Source: a virus
Taxonomy: Duplodnaviria > Heunggongvirae > Uroviricota > Caudoviricetes
DNA length: 30,775 bases
IMG/VR virus record: IMGVR_UViG_2877958089_000005
Direction: 5' to 3' (one strand)
Positions 7,789-16,676 of the stretch are shown piece by piece. The translations under genes were made by a program, and so were the position numbers. Positions within the stretch are counted from its first letter, which is position 1. Each line of letters starts with the position of its first letter. A model generated the notes under the pieces. The model was given only the letters and a program-made list of their open reading frames with translations. It had not been told where the DNA came from and made no database searches.

Positions 7789-7983
7789 ATGCAAAATCCC
7801 CTTTCATCGAAAAATGACCCGTTTGCCGATTGGGCAAAGAATCTGACTTTAATGGCTTTAAATAACGACCTGAGCTCTCGCGAGGTGGAAAGCTACACCG
7901 CAAAAATGGTCGAGCAGGCCGGTAAAGATGAGCTATCAGTCGTTATCAAACACCTGTTAAATCACATCAGAATGCGCAAATAA
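7789..7983 (+). CDS. Hypothetical small protein
   Basis: Track ORF 7699..7983 begins inside repeat copy 2; ATG at 7789 (MQNPLSSKNDPFADW...) is a more plausible start; 64 aa. Confidence 0.4.
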   Translation: MQNPLSSKNDPFADWAKNLTLMALNNDLSSREVESYTAKMVEQAGKDELSVVIKHLLNHIRMRK

Positions 7984-7999
7984 GAGGAACTATATAAAT

Positions 8000-8101
8000 A
8001 TGTTATCTCTCGTTTATGAAAATCCGTGGACGACGATTTTTCTGATGATTGTTGCCAGCATGTGCCTCAACAGTGTTATTGGCGCATTGCGCGGTCATTA
8101 A
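8000..8101 (+). CDS. 33-aa hydrophobic single-TM peptide (MLSLVYENPWTTIFLMIVASMCLNSVIGALRGH); candidate small membrane toxin-like or regulatory peptide
   Basis: Below the ORF-track size cutoff; SD AAGAGGA (7982-7988) then ATG 8000; followed by a canonical terminator. Confidence 0.4.
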   Translation: MLSLVYENPWTTIFLMIVASMCLNSVIGALRGH

Positions 8102-8122
8102 TCGCGACAAAACCAGACTAAA

Positions 8123-8149
8123 GCCGGCACCCTGAATGCCGGTTTTTTT
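8123..8149 (+). terminator. Rho-independent terminator
   Basis: ccggca-ccctgaa-tgccgg stem-loop followed by ttttttt. Confidence 0.7.
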
Positions 8150-8309
8150 ATGCCATTTTTCCGCGAATTTCCCGTTTTTTAGTCGTGCATGCATCAGGTG
8201 CATGGTTTTGCATGCGTCAGTCTTGCCCGTTCTGTTCGTGCGCCGCCAGAGCTAGCGCGGATCCAGAGTTGTCATGCAACTGCATTAAAACCGCCCCATA
8301 AAGCGGGCA

Positions 8310-8328
8310 GGCGTGGCGGGGAAAGCAT
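8310..8328. other. Candidate cos site (cohesive-end sequence)
   Basis: ggcgtggcggggaaagcat matches 17 of 19 positions of the P2 cos sequence as I recall it (GGCGAGGCGGGGAAAGCAC); located in the gene-free GC-rich stretch upstream of portal gene Q, where cos lies in P2. Confidence 0.55.
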
Positions 8329-8532
8329 TGCGCGCCAGCGGTGGTGCGTATTATTAAAAATTATCGTCTGAGAACGTCGTGACGGCGCTGTAGTGGCCGG
8401 GTGTGATCGTGGGCGCGTGGTGCGTCTGTGGCGTGGTGCTAAAGGATGGGATCAGTTGCACAATTTTACGGTTTCGCTTTGGCTAATATCCATATTGAGA
8501 CTTTATGTTCCCCACAACAGTTGGAGGCTTTA

Positions 8533-8757
8533 ATGGATAACTATCATATTACAAAAGATGGCGATAAGTGGAAGTTGCAAAAAGAGGGCAATGACCGCCC
8601 TAGCAAGACCGCGACCACAAAGGCCGAGCTGATTAAAACAACATCTGAGTTTATGTCGAACAAAACAGGCTCGGTCAAAATTCACAAGGAAGATGGGAAA
8701 ATTCAGGAAGAACGCACTTATCAGAGAAAAGATGATCCTAAAAAGTCTAAAGGCTAA
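8533..8757 (+). CDS. DUF2188-like small protein (moron between cos and Q)
   Basis: ATG 8533 preceded by GGAGG; 74 aa MDNYHITKDGDKWKLQKEG...IHKEDGKIQEERTY..DDP..KG fits my recollection of the DUF2188 pattern. Confidence 0.55.
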   Translation: MDNYHITKDGDKWKLQKEGNDRPSKTATTKAELIKTTSEFMSNKTGSVKIHKEDGKIQEERTYQRKDDPKKSKG

Positions 8758-8784
8758 CATAGCAAAAGCCGCCAAAATGGCGGC
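8758..8784 (-). terminator. Hairpin terminator after Q (shared, bidirectional with the DUF2188 gene)
   Basis: gccgcc-aaaat-ggcggc stem (8768-8784); on the minus strand it is followed by cttttgc. Confidence 0.5.
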
Positions 8785-8795
8785 TTAAAAGGTGA

Positions 8796-9842
8796 TTATT
8801 CCGGGTTGTCGAGTGTGTACTCTTTGAACCTGATGACCTCCATACCGAGCCAGTCGTTTACCTCCCTGAACCTATCCTGCAGGGGTGACAGCTCATTACG
8901 CACAAATACCTTTGCCACCTTCTCAACGTCACCGAGTGAACCGATATTCTCGGGCTTGCCGCCCATGAGCTGGAACGGTACGCGGTGCGCGTCCATCAGA
9001 TCGGCGGCACTGGCCTTCTTGATGTTGAAAAAGTCATCCTTTGTGGCGACCTCGCTCAGTGGCACGATTTTGATGCCGTCCGGTTTTCCGCCGGGAGCGT
9101 AGAAAAACAGGTTCTTAAAGTTGCCGAGCCCTTTTGAGTTGCGCATCGCCTCGCGCAGCGATTCGACGTCGGTCGCGCTCTGCGCCGGGTCAGTCACATA
9201 CATGATGTAACCCGCGTGCGCGCCGTTCTGATAATACTTGCGGCGGAACAGCGTCGCGGATTCATTCAGCCAGGCGGAATTTAGCGCGCTGAGATATTCG
9301 GGCAGGCCGTAAATCTCCTGATTAATGTCGGGCTCCAGCAGGTGAAACACGGTATCAGGCGCGAACTCGTGCGGCTGGGTGAAGTTTTCCACAAACCAGA
9401 AAATCGAATCGTCGACTCCGCGTCGGGTGTATTTGGCTGGCGAGGCCAGCAGTTTGATTAACTGGCCGGTGACACTGTGGCGCTGCTCAAGAAAGGCGTT
9501 ACCGAACACCAGATAATCGAGCGCAAAGCGGCTGAAATCCTGACGGGATAACAACGGGTGCGGAATGTAGGTGCTCGCGAGCACGTTACGCTTAACATAA
9601 ATTGGCGAGCTGTGATGCACGGCAGAGCGCAGGCTCTTTGCCAGCCCTGAGAAGCTGACCGGCGGCTCGTACCATTTGCCGTTACTGATGCACTCGACGT
9701 AATCCAGAATGTCGCGCTTATCGAGTACCGGCACCGGCTCGCCGAAGGTGAACGCTGTCGTTTTTGGCGGTGCGCTGGCGGTCAGTTGTTGTGGTTTGCT
9801 GGCCTTTTGTGCGTTGGCTTTACGGGATTTTTGTTTACCCAT
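8796..9842 (-). CDS. Q: Portal protein (P2 gpQ family)
   Basis: 348 aa, size and position as P2 Q; minus strand adjacent to P and divergent from O, as in P2. Confidence 0.9.
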   Translation of the reverse strand: MGKQKSRKANAQKASKPQQLTASAPPKTTAFTFGEPVPVLDKRDILDYVECISNGKWYEPPVSFSGLAKSLRSAVHHSSPIYVKRNVLASTYIPHPLLSRQDFSRFALDYLVFGNAFLEQRHSVTGQLIKLLASPAKYTRRGVDDSIFWFVENFTQPHEFAPDTVFHLLEPDINQEIYGLPEYLSALNSAWLNESATLFRRKYYQNGAHAGYIMYVTDPAQSATDVESLREAMRNSKGLGNFKNLFFYAPGGKPDGIKIVPLSEVATKDDFFNIKKASAADLMDAHRVPFQLMGGKPENIGSLGDVEKVAKVFVRNELSPLQDRFREVNDWLGMEVIRFKEYTLDNPE

Positions 9843-9843
9843 T

Positions 9844-11613
9844 TTAGTTGAACTCCAGAATAGATTTAGGCTGCATGCCGCTACCGGCAGAAAGCGGTTC
9901 GTTTAACAGGGCGTGCATGGTCGCCCATGCGATATCGGCGTGGCTGGCTTCCTCGGTGCGGCTGGCCTCATAGGTGGCGCTGCGCCCGCTGCTGGTCATG
10001 GTTTTGCGGATGGACATAAACGACTGCGTGACGTCGGTTGCTCCGGCGTCGTACTCCAGACAGCCACGGCGAATGGTGTCTTTCGCCTTGAGTACCATTG
10101 CGGTTTTCATTTCAGGTGTGTAACGGATGCCGCGTGCCGCCGGGTAAAATGAGCGCACCAGCTGGAACACGCCGAGACCGAGGCCGGTTGCGTCAATGCC
10201 GATGTATTCGACGTTGTATTTCTCGGTCAGCTTGCGGATGCCCTCTGCCTGTGCTGCAAAATCCATGCCCTTCCACTGGTGGTGCTCCAGCATGCGGAAC
10301 TTGCCACCAGAGACCACCGGCGGCGCGAGCACGACGCACCCGGCACTGTCGCCGGTGTGTGACGGGTCGTAGCCAATCCAGACAGGACGAGAGCCGAACG
10401 GATGGTCGGCGAACGGGGCAAAGTCCTCCCATTCCTCCATCACATCGACCATGCAGCGCTGCAGCTCCTCGAACGGGAATACCGACGCTTTATCGTCGAC
10501 AAACTCGCACATAAACAGGTTCTTAAAGTCCTCATCACTGTTTTCGCGTTTGAGCTGGTCGAGGTCGAACAGGGTGCAGCCACCCGCAAGGGCGTCCTCA
10601 ATGGTGACAATCTGCCGCCACTGGCCATCGTCGCAGAGCTGGCCACCGGCGAGCGCGCTGTGACTGATGTCGATTTCGATGCGGTCGGCAATCCGGCTGC
10701 GCCCCTTGTTGAACAGCTCGCCAGACCAGAAGGGGTAAGCGCCGTGCGCCAGCGTGGAAGGTGTCGAAAAATAGGTCGAGCGCAGGTGCTTTTGCGAGGC
10801 CATGCCCGAGGCGACTTTGCGCAGTTTCTGAAAATTCGGGATCCAGAATATTTCATCGACATACAGATCGCCGTTATGGCTCTGCGCGGTGTTGGAATTG
10901 GTACCGAGAAAAATCAGTTTTGCGCCGTTGTTACCGATGACAATCGGGTCGCCAGTCAGGTCAACGTCGACCAGTCGCGCAAACTGGATGATGTATTCGC
11001 GGAACACGTAAGCCTGCGTTTTACTGGCTGATAAAAATATCTGGTTATGGCCGGTTTTGAGTGCGCGCAGCAGTGCCTCGCGGGAGAAATAGAATGTCGC
11101 GCCAATCTGGCGGGATTTGAGAATGTCACGAATACGGTGCTCCAGTCCTGCGCGGTACCACTGCAACTGGTACTCGAAAGACTGGTCGAAAAATAATTCC
11201 TCTAGTTTATCGATAGCCTCGTCGCTGAAAAAATTCTTTTTCGGCTTTTTGCGCTCCCCTTTGTTGCGGTTGGCGACGTTGGGGTTAAGGTCGGCTTCGT
11301 TGCCGGTCTGGCTGTAGCGGTTGACTCGCGCCAACCGTTCAATCTGCCGTCCGAGCAGGTCAATCTCTTTGAAATCACCCCCTGTCTTTTGCGGCTTGGC
11401 GATGAGCTGAATCAGCCTAGCCTCAAGGCTGCTTTCAACGCGGGAAATCGGCGCGATGCCGTCCCAGCCGTCGCGCTGCTTCCAGCTCTGCACGGTCGGG
11501 CGCTTGACCTGCAGCATTTCGGCAATCTGTGGCACGGAAAAACCCTGCCAGTAAAGCAGCGATGCCTGCCGTCGCGGGTCATGCAACAAGGTTGTATCGG
11601 TGGAAATGGTCAT
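9844..11613 (-). CDS. P: Terminase large (ATPase) subunit (P2 gpP family)
   Basis: 589 aa; size and position as P2 P; ATG at 11611-11613. Confidence 0.9.
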   Translation of the reverse strand: MTISTDTTLLHDPRRQASLLYWQGFSVPQIAEMLQVKRPTVQSWKQRDGWDGIAPISRVESSLEARLIQLIAKPQKTGGDFKEIDLLGRQIERLARVNRYSQTGNEADLNPNVANRNKGERKKPKKNFFSDEAIDKLEELFFDQSFEYQLQWYRAGLEHRIRDILKSRQIGATFYFSREALLRALKTGHNQIFLSASKTQAYVFREYIIQFARLVDVDLTGDPIVIGNNGAKLIFLGTNSNTAQSHNGDLYVDEIFWIPNFQKLRKVASGMASQKHLRSTYFSTPSTLAHGAYPFWSGELFNKGRSRIADRIEIDISHSALAGGQLCDDGQWRQIVTIEDALAGGCTLFDLDQLKRENSDEDFKNLFMCEFVDDKASVFPFEELQRCMVDVMEEWEDFAPFADHPFGSRPVWIGYDPSHTGDSAGCVVLAPPVVSGGKFRMLEHHQWKGMDFAAQAEGIRKLTEKYNVEYIGIDATGLGLGVFQLVRSFYPAARGIRYTPEMKTAMVLKAKDTIRRGCLEYDAGATDVTQSFMSIRKTMTSSGRSATYEASRTEEASHADIAWATMHALLNEPLSAGSGMQPKSILEFN

Positions 11614-11778
11614 TGATGCCTCGCCGTAGTGGATTCAGGGCAAGGCTACTTAATGGCCGTCAGTGATTCGCTAAGGTGCTGTTGTGTGGGCGGTTGTCCA
11701 GTCGTCATTGGTGGTCTGGCGTGTCCTGAGTCTGGAAACTGGCGGTGACCAGTAACCTCAACCTCAGGACTCCTGACA
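11614..11778. promoter_or_regulatory. Divergent late-promoter region between P (leftward) and O (rightward)
   Basis: 165-bp intergenic region between divergently transcribed P and O, the position of the divergent late promoters in P2. I could not confidently identify a TGT-N12-ACA activator site by eye. Confidence 0.4.
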
Positions 11779-12633
11779 ATGGCAAAAAAAGTCTCAAAAT
11801 TCTTTCGCATCGGCGTCGAGGGTGACACCTGCGACGGCCGCATTATCAGCGGCAACGATATTCAGGAAATGGCCGAATCGTTTGACCCTCGCGTCTACGG
11901 TTGCCGCATTAACCTTGAGCATATTCGCGGTCTCTTTCCTGATGGCGACTTCAAACGCTTAGGCGATGTGGTTGAACTGAAAGCTGAAATAATTGACGAC
12001 GATTCTGCGCTTAACGGCAAATGGGCGTTGTTCGCCAGAATCACCCCAACCGACGACCTGATTGCGATGAATAAAAAATTGCAGAAGGTCTACACCTCAA
12101 TGGAAATTCAGCCGAATTTTGCCAATACCGGCAAATGCTACCTCGTCGGCCTTGCTGTCACCGATGACCCGGCGAGCCTCGGCACTGAATACCTCGAATT
12201 CTGCCGCAACGCGAAGCACAACCCTCTGCAGCGCTTTAAGGCCAACCCTGAAAACGTTTTTTCCGCTGCCACGCTGGCCGAACTGGAATTTGAAGACGTT
12301 CCCGATACGGTGCTAAACAGCCTGGCAGATAAGGTGAAAGCCATTTTCAGCCGTAAGCAGGTCAGCGACGATGCGCGCCTGAATGATGTGCATGAAGCGG
12401 TGACCACCGTCAGCGAGCATGTGCAGACCAACCTCACTGCGCAGGATAAGCGTCTTTCCGCTATGGAAGCCGCACTTACCACCTTTAAACAGGAACTGAC
12501 CGGCAAGATTGAAGAAACCAGCCAGGCATTTTCCGCCCTGAAAGCCACCCTCGACAAAACCGAAAGTTTCAGCCAGCCGCGACGCACGAAAGCCAGTGGC
12601 GGTGGTGGCGATGAGCTGCTGACCGACTGCTGA
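11779..12633 (+). CDS. O: Capsid scaffolding protein (P2 gpO family)
   Basis: 284 aa, same length as P2 O; first gene of the rightward head operon. Confidence 0.9.
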   Translation: MAKKVSKFFRIGVEGDTCDGRIISGNDIQEMAESFDPRVYGCRINLEHIRGLFPDGDFKRLGDVVELKAEIIDDDSALNGKWALFARITPTDDLIAMNKKLQKVYTSMEIQPNFANTGKCYLVGLAVTDDPASLGTEYLEFCRNAKHNPLQRFKANPENVFSAATLAELEFEDVPDTVLNSLADKVKAIFSRKQVSDDARLNDVHEAVTTVSEHVQTNLTAQDKRLSAMEAALTTFKQELTGKIEETSQAFSALKATLDKTESFSQPRRTKASGGGGDELLTDC

Positions 12634-12651
12634 TAAACCGCAGACCAGAAA

Positions 12652-12671
12652 CCGGGCGGTAACTCCGCCCG
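12652..12671 (+). other. Intercistronic stem-loop between O and N
   Basis: ccgggcgg-taact-ccgcccg; no T-run, so more likely an RNA structural element than a terminator. Confidence 0.3.
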
Positions 12672-12709
12672 ATGCAGTGACTAACCGATAAATTCAAACA
12701 GGAAATACT

Positions 12710-13777
12710 ATGCGCCCGGAAACCCGTTTTAAGTTCAATGCCTATCTGACCCGCGTCGCTGAGCTGAACGGCATCAGCACTGATGACGTCAGTAAAAAAT
12801 TCACCGTCGAGCCGTCCGTCACGCAAACGCTGATGAACAAAGTGCAGGAGTCATCCGCGTTTCTGCAGACGATTAACATTCTGCCGGTCGCAGAAATGAA
12901 GGGTGAGAAAATCGGCGTCGGTGTGACCGGTACTATCGCCAGCACGACCGACACCTCGGGCGATGATGAGCGTAAGACCGCAGACTTCACCGCGCTTGAG
13001 TCCAACAAGTACGAGTGCGACCAGATTAACTTTGACTTCCATCTGAAATATAAAACCCTCGACCTGTGGGCGCGTTTTCAGGACTTTCAGCGCCGCATCC
13101 GTGACGCCATTGTTAAGCGTCAGGCGCTCGATTTCATCATGGCCGGTTTTAACGGTACCACTCGCGCCGCCACCTCTGACCGCACCAAAAATCCGATGCT
13201 GCAGGATGTAGCCGTCGGCTGGCTGCAGAAATACCGCAACGAAGCCCCGACGCGTGTGATGAGCAATATCACCGATGCTGACGGTAAGGTCGTTTCGGCA
13301 GTGATTCGCGTCGGTAAAAACGGCGACTATGAGAACCTCGACGCGCTGGTGATGGATGCTACCAACAACCTGATTGACGAGGTTTATCAGGATGACCCGA
13401 AACTCGTTGCCATCGTTGGCCGTAAGCTGCTGGCCGACAAATATTTCCCGCTGGTGAACAAGCCGCAAGAAAACAGCGAAGCGCTCGCGGCAGATATCAT
13501 CATCAGCCAGAAGCGAATCGGCAACCTGCCTGCTGTGCGTGTGCCGTACTTCCCGGCGAATGCCGTGTTAGTGACAACGCTGGAAAACCTCTCTATCTAT
13601 TTCATGGATGAGAGCCACCGCCGCAGCATTGATGAAAACCCGAAAAAAGACCGCGTGGAAAACTACGAGTCAATGAATATCGACTATGTGGTCGAGGCGT
13701 ATGCCGCCGGGTGTCTGCTGGAAAACATCACCCTGGGCGATTTCACCGCACCTGCAGCACCGGAAAGCGGAGAGTAA
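12710..13777 (+). CDS. N: Major capsid protein (P2 gpN family)
   Basis: 355 aa; SD AGGAAA; size and position as P2 N. Confidence 0.9.
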   Translation: MRPETRFKFNAYLTRVAELNGISTDDVSKKFTVEPSVTQTLMNKVQESSAFLQTINILPVAEMKGEKIGVGVTGTIASTTDTSGDDERKTADFTALESNKYECDQINFDFHLKYKTLDLWARFQDFQRRIRDAIVKRQALDFIMAGFNGTTRAATSDRTKNPMLQDVAVGWLQKYRNEAPTRVMSNITDADGKVVSAVIRVGKNGDYENLDALVMDATNNLIDEVYQDDPKLVAIVGRKLLADKYFPLVNKPQENSEALAADIIISQKRIGNLPAVRVPYFPANAVLVTTLENLSIYFMDESHRRSIDENPKKDRVENYESMNIDYVVEAYAAGCLLENITLGDFTAPAAPESGE

Positions 13778-13781
13778 GCCC

Positions 13782-14531
13782 ATGACGAGCCCCGCACAGC
13801 GTCACATGATGCGGGTCTCGGCCTCTCAAGCCGCGCAGCGGGAACAAGCCCCGCTGCGCCATGCAACCGCCTACGAGCAGATGCTGGTAAAGCTGGCCGA
13901 TGACCGCCGCACGTTGAAAACCATCCGTTCAAACGAACTGAAAGCCGCGAAAAAGCGTGAGCTGCTGCCGTTCTATGCGCCGTGGGTCGCCGGTGTGCTG
14001 GCTGATGGCCGTGGTGCGCAGGATGACATTCTGATGACAGTCATGCTGTGGCGTCTCGATGCCGGTGATATCGCTGGCGCGCTGGAAATTGCGCCATACG
14101 CGCTGAAGTACGGCCTCACCTCTGACTATCGCCGCACGACACCTTACATGCTGGTTGAGGAGGTGGCGCTTGCCGCGCTGCGCCTGCGCGATACCGGTGA
14201 GCCTGTCGACCTCGCATTACTGCTGACCACCCTTAGCCTGACCGACGGCGCTGACGTTCCCGATATGGTGCGCGCTCGACTGCATAAGGTGACCGGTCTA
14301 ACCCTGCGCGATGCCGGTCAGAGCGCCGAAGCACTGGCACAGTTTCAGCGCGCGATGCAGCTCGACCGCAATGCCGGTGTGCGCAAAGAGATTGAGCGAC
14401 TGGAGCGGGCATTGAAGCCTAAGCCCGATGCCGCGCCCCGTAAAACGACTAAACCGCGCACGCGCAAACCTGCCACCAAACCGGCGGCAAAGCGCGGGCG
14501 TCCACCAAAGGCGGTAAAAACCGCCGGTTAA
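13782..14531 (+). CDS. M: Terminase small (endonuclease) subunit (P2 gpM family)
   Basis: Track ORF starts at 13686 inside N; ATG at 13782, 4 nt after the N stop, gives 249 aa, close to P2 M. Confidence 0.85.
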   Translation: MTSPAQRHMMRVSASQAAQREQAPLRHATAYEQMLVKLADDRRTLKTIRSNELKAAKKRELLPFYAPWVAGVLADGRGAQDDILMTVMLWRLDAGDIAGALEIAPYALKYGLTSDYRRTTPYMLVEEVALAALRLRDTGEPVDLALLLTTLSLTDGADVPDMVRARLHKVTGLTLRDAGQSAEALAQFQRAMQLDRNAGVRKEIERLERALKPKPDAAPRKTTKPRTRKPATKPAAKRGRPPKAVKTAG

Positions 14532-14624
14532 CTGAACGCTCCCCGAGCCGGGCGGCACGCCGGTCAAAGCGGGTTTTGACCCTGACGGCGACCGGCGTCC
14601 ACCGCCCAACCTAATGAGGTTGTC

Positions 14625-15134
14625 ATGACGACAGTAATACTGAATCAGCCCGACGAACCGCAGGACGTACCGGGCGTGGTGATTCCCGCACCGGAGACGG
14701 GCGACGCAGTGATTAAAAACACGTTCTTTTTCCCTGATGTGGATCCGAAGCGGGTGCGCGAGCTGATGCGCCTTGAGCAGACGGTTTCCGATGCGCGCCT
14801 GCGCAACGCCATCAAGACCGGCATGGCGGAAACCAATGCGGAGCTTTACGACTACCGGCTGCGCCAGATTGTCGCAGGGTTTAAGACACTGGCCGACGTG
14901 CCTGACGCCGAGGAAATCGACGGCGAGAATGTGCGCGTTTTCCACTACCTCAGCGCCGTGACGGCGATGGCGACCGCCACCCTGTATGAGCGTTATCGCG
15001 GGGTTGAGGCCACCGGCAAGGGTGACAAAAAAGCCGACAGCGTCGAAACCACCATTGATGACCTGTGGCGGGATATGCGCTGGTCGGTCTCGCGCCTGCA
15101 GGGTAAGCCGCGCTGCATCGTGGGTCAGCTCTGA
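14625..15134 (+). CDS. L: Head completion/stabilisation protein (P2 gpL family)
   Basis: 169 aa, same length as P2 L; conserved position. Confidence 0.85.
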   Translation: MTTVILNQPDEPQDVPGVVIPAPETGDAVIKNTFFFPDVDPKRVRELMRLEQTVSDARLRNAIKTGMAETNAELYDYRLRQIVAGFKTLADVPDAEEIDGENVRVFHYLSAVTAMATATLYERYRGVEATGKGDKKADSVETTIDDLWRDMRWSVSRLQGKPRCIVGQL

Positions 15135-15337
15135 TGAAAGTCTACGCGATGCAGGGCGACACCATCGACGCGCTTTGCGCCCGGCATTACGGGCGCACTG
15201 AGGGCGTGGTCGAGGCGGTGCTGCAGGCTAATCCCGGTCTGTCTGAGCTGGGCGTCATTCTGCCGCATGGCACGGCAATTGACCTGCCCGACGTGGCATC
15301 GTCACCCGTAACAGAAACTATCAACCTTTGGGAGTAA
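15134..15337 (+). CDS. X: Tail protein X
   Basis: 67 aa MKVYAMQGDTIDALCARHYGRTEGVVEAVLQANPGL...TETINLWE closely resembles P2 gpX. Confidence 0.9.
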   Translation: MKVYAMQGDTIDALCARHYGRTEGVVEAVLQANPGLSELGVILPHGTAIDLPDVASSPVTETINLWE

Positions 15338-15340
15338 ACC

Positions 15341-15637
15341 ATGACAGAAGGGGAAAAAGGCGTCCTGTCACTGTTTGTGATTGGCGTGATGATTGTTGTC
15401 GGAAAAGTGCTGGCGGGTGGTGAGCCCATTACCCCGCGCCTGTTTATCGGCCGCATGCTGCTCGGCGGTTTTGTTTCAATGGTCGCCGGTGTTGTTCTGG
15501 TGCAGTTTCCAGATATGTCACTGCCTGCCGTTTGTGGGATTGGATCCATGCTCGGCATTGCAGGTTATCAGGTGGTGGAAATCGCCATTCAGCGCCGCTT
15601 TAAGTCACAACAGGGGGATAGCGATGCCGGTCATTAA
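15341..15637 (+). CDS. Y: Holin (P2 gpY family)
   Basis: 98 aa with hydrophobic helices (LSLFVIGVMIVVGKVLAGG..., LLGGFVSMVAGVVLV...); immediately upstream of the endolysin. Confidence 0.85.
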   Translation: MTEGEKGVLSLFVIGVMIVVGKVLAGGEPITPRLFIGRMLLGGFVSMVAGVVLVQFPDMSLPAVCGIGSMLGIAGYQVVEIAIQRRFKSQQGDSDAGH

Positions 15638-16121
15638 TACTCACCAGAATATCGCCGCGTTTCTGGACATGCTGGCCTATTCCGAAGGGACGGCGATGCA
15701 TCCGCTGACGAAAAATCGTGGTTACGACGTCATTGTCACTGGCATTGATGGCAAGCCGGAAATTTTCACCGACTACACCGACCACCCTTTCGCACATGGC
15801 AGACCAGCGAAAGTGTTTAATCGACGCGGCGAAAAATCCACGGCATCAGGGCGTTACCAGCAGCTTTATCTCTACTGGCCGCACTATCAGAAACAGCTCG
15901 CATTGCCTGATTTCAGCCCGTTGTCGCAGGACAAACTTGCGATTCAGTTAATCCGGGAGCGCAGTGCCATTGAGGATATTAAAGCGGGGCGTATTGAGCG
16001 AGCAATTTCACGTTGCCGCAATATATGGGCGTCGCTGCCGGGTGCAGGTTACGGCCAGCGTGAGCACAGCCTCGACAAACTGGTCACTGTGTGGCGCACG
16101 GCTGGCGGGGTGATGGCATGA
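15624..16121 (+). CDS. K: Endolysin (P2 gpK-type lysozyme)
   Basis: Track ORF 15393..16121 includes a spurious extension overlapping Y; ATG at 15624 gives 165 aa (MPVINTHQNIAAFLDMLAYSEGTA...), the size I recall for P2 K. Confidence 0.85.
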   Translation: MPVINTHQNIAAFLDMLAYSEGTAMHPLTKNRGYDVIVTGIDGKPEIFTDYTDHPFAHGRPAKVFNRRGEKSTASGRYQQLYLYWPHYQKQLALPDFSPLSQDKLAIQLIRERSAIEDIKAGRIERAISRCRNIWASLPGAGYGQREHSLDKLVTVWRTAGGVMA

Positions 16122-16531
16122 AAATCCTGATAACGCTGCTGGTGATGGCCGTGCTCGGGCTGCTGTGGTTGCGCCATGAGAACGGCAATTTATCCCGCTC
16201 CTTTGAGACGGCAAACCGCGTCGCAAGCGAACAAAAGACGACGATTGGCATGCTGAAAAATCAGCTCAGTGTTGCCGGTCAGCTTGCCCGACGTAATGAA
16301 TCCGCGCAGGTGGAACTGCGCGAACAGCTCGCAAAGGCCAGCGCAGAGGCCAGCCGCCGTGAGCAGACGATAACGAGGTTACTTAATGAAAATGAAGCCT
16401 TTCGCCGCTGGTATAACGCTGCTTTGCCTGATGTTGTGCGTCGGCTGCACACCCGCACCGCCTGCGCCAGTGCCGGTAATTGTGGTCAGCGGATGCCCGA
16501 GGGTGAGCCTTTGTCCGATGCCGGGAAGTGA
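16118..16531 (+). CDS. lysB: LysB (Rz-like inner-membrane spanin)
   Basis: ATG 16118 overlaps the K stop (ATGA); N-terminal TM helix MKILITLLVMAVLGLLWL followed by a coiled-coil-like charged region. Confidence 0.8.
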   Translation: MKILITLLVMAVLGLLWLRHENGNLSRSFETANRVASEQKTTIGMLKNQLSVAGQLARRNESAQVELREQLAKASAEASRREQTITRLLNENEAFRRWYNAALPDVVRRLHTRTACASAGNCGQRMPEGEPLSDAGK

Positions 16532-16676
16532 CCCGAAAACCAATGGTGACCTGAGCGCAGATATCCGCCGTCTTGAGGGCGCGCTGACCGCCTGCGCGCT
16601 GCAGGTTAAAACCGTCAAACACTGTCAGGATGAACTCGATGCAGAAGCACAAAAGCCTGCGCAAAGCGCTGATTAA
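16386..16676 (+). CDS. lysC: LysC (Rz1-like outer-membrane lipoprotein spanin), embedded in lysB in another frame and extending into R
   Basis: 96 aa; lipoprotein signal MKMKPFAAGITLLCLMLCVGC followed by a Pro-rich stretch (TPAPPAPVPV). Confidence 0.8.
   Translation: MKMKPFAAGITLLCLMLCVGCTPAPPAPVPVIVVSGCPRVSLCPMPGSDPKTNGDLSADIRRLEGALTACALQVKTVKHCQDELDAEAQKPAQSAD

Noticed and set aside
9913-11031. Multiple long plus-strand ORFs (e.g. 10098..10514, 10402..11031) inside the terminase gene P
   Set aside because: Antisense to a well-supported conserved gene; proteins are Arg/Pro/Ala-rich low-complexity typical of spurious ORFs in high-GC DNA.
11614-11778. Explicit Ogr-type TGT-N12-ACA late-activator sites upstream of O/P, V and FI
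   Set aside because: I could not find an exact TGT-N12-ACA at the expected position by eye (only N10, N13 and N19 variants), so I report the intergenic regions without naming activator sites.
13686-13781. Upstream extension of M into the N gene
   Set aside because: An ATG 4 nt after the N stop gives a protein of the size I recall for P2 M.
12851-14945. Minus-strand ORFs 12851..13468, 13684..13932 and 14298..14945 overlapping N, M and L
   Set aside because: Antisense to the capsid/terminase operon with no start-site support and compositionally biased translations; treated as GC-driven artefacts.
15393-15623. Upstream 77-codon extension of the endolysin ORF (track 15393..16121)
   Set aside because: Overlaps holin Y in another frame; ATG at 15624 gives the 165-aa size I recall for P2 K, with its start overlapping the end of Y as usual.
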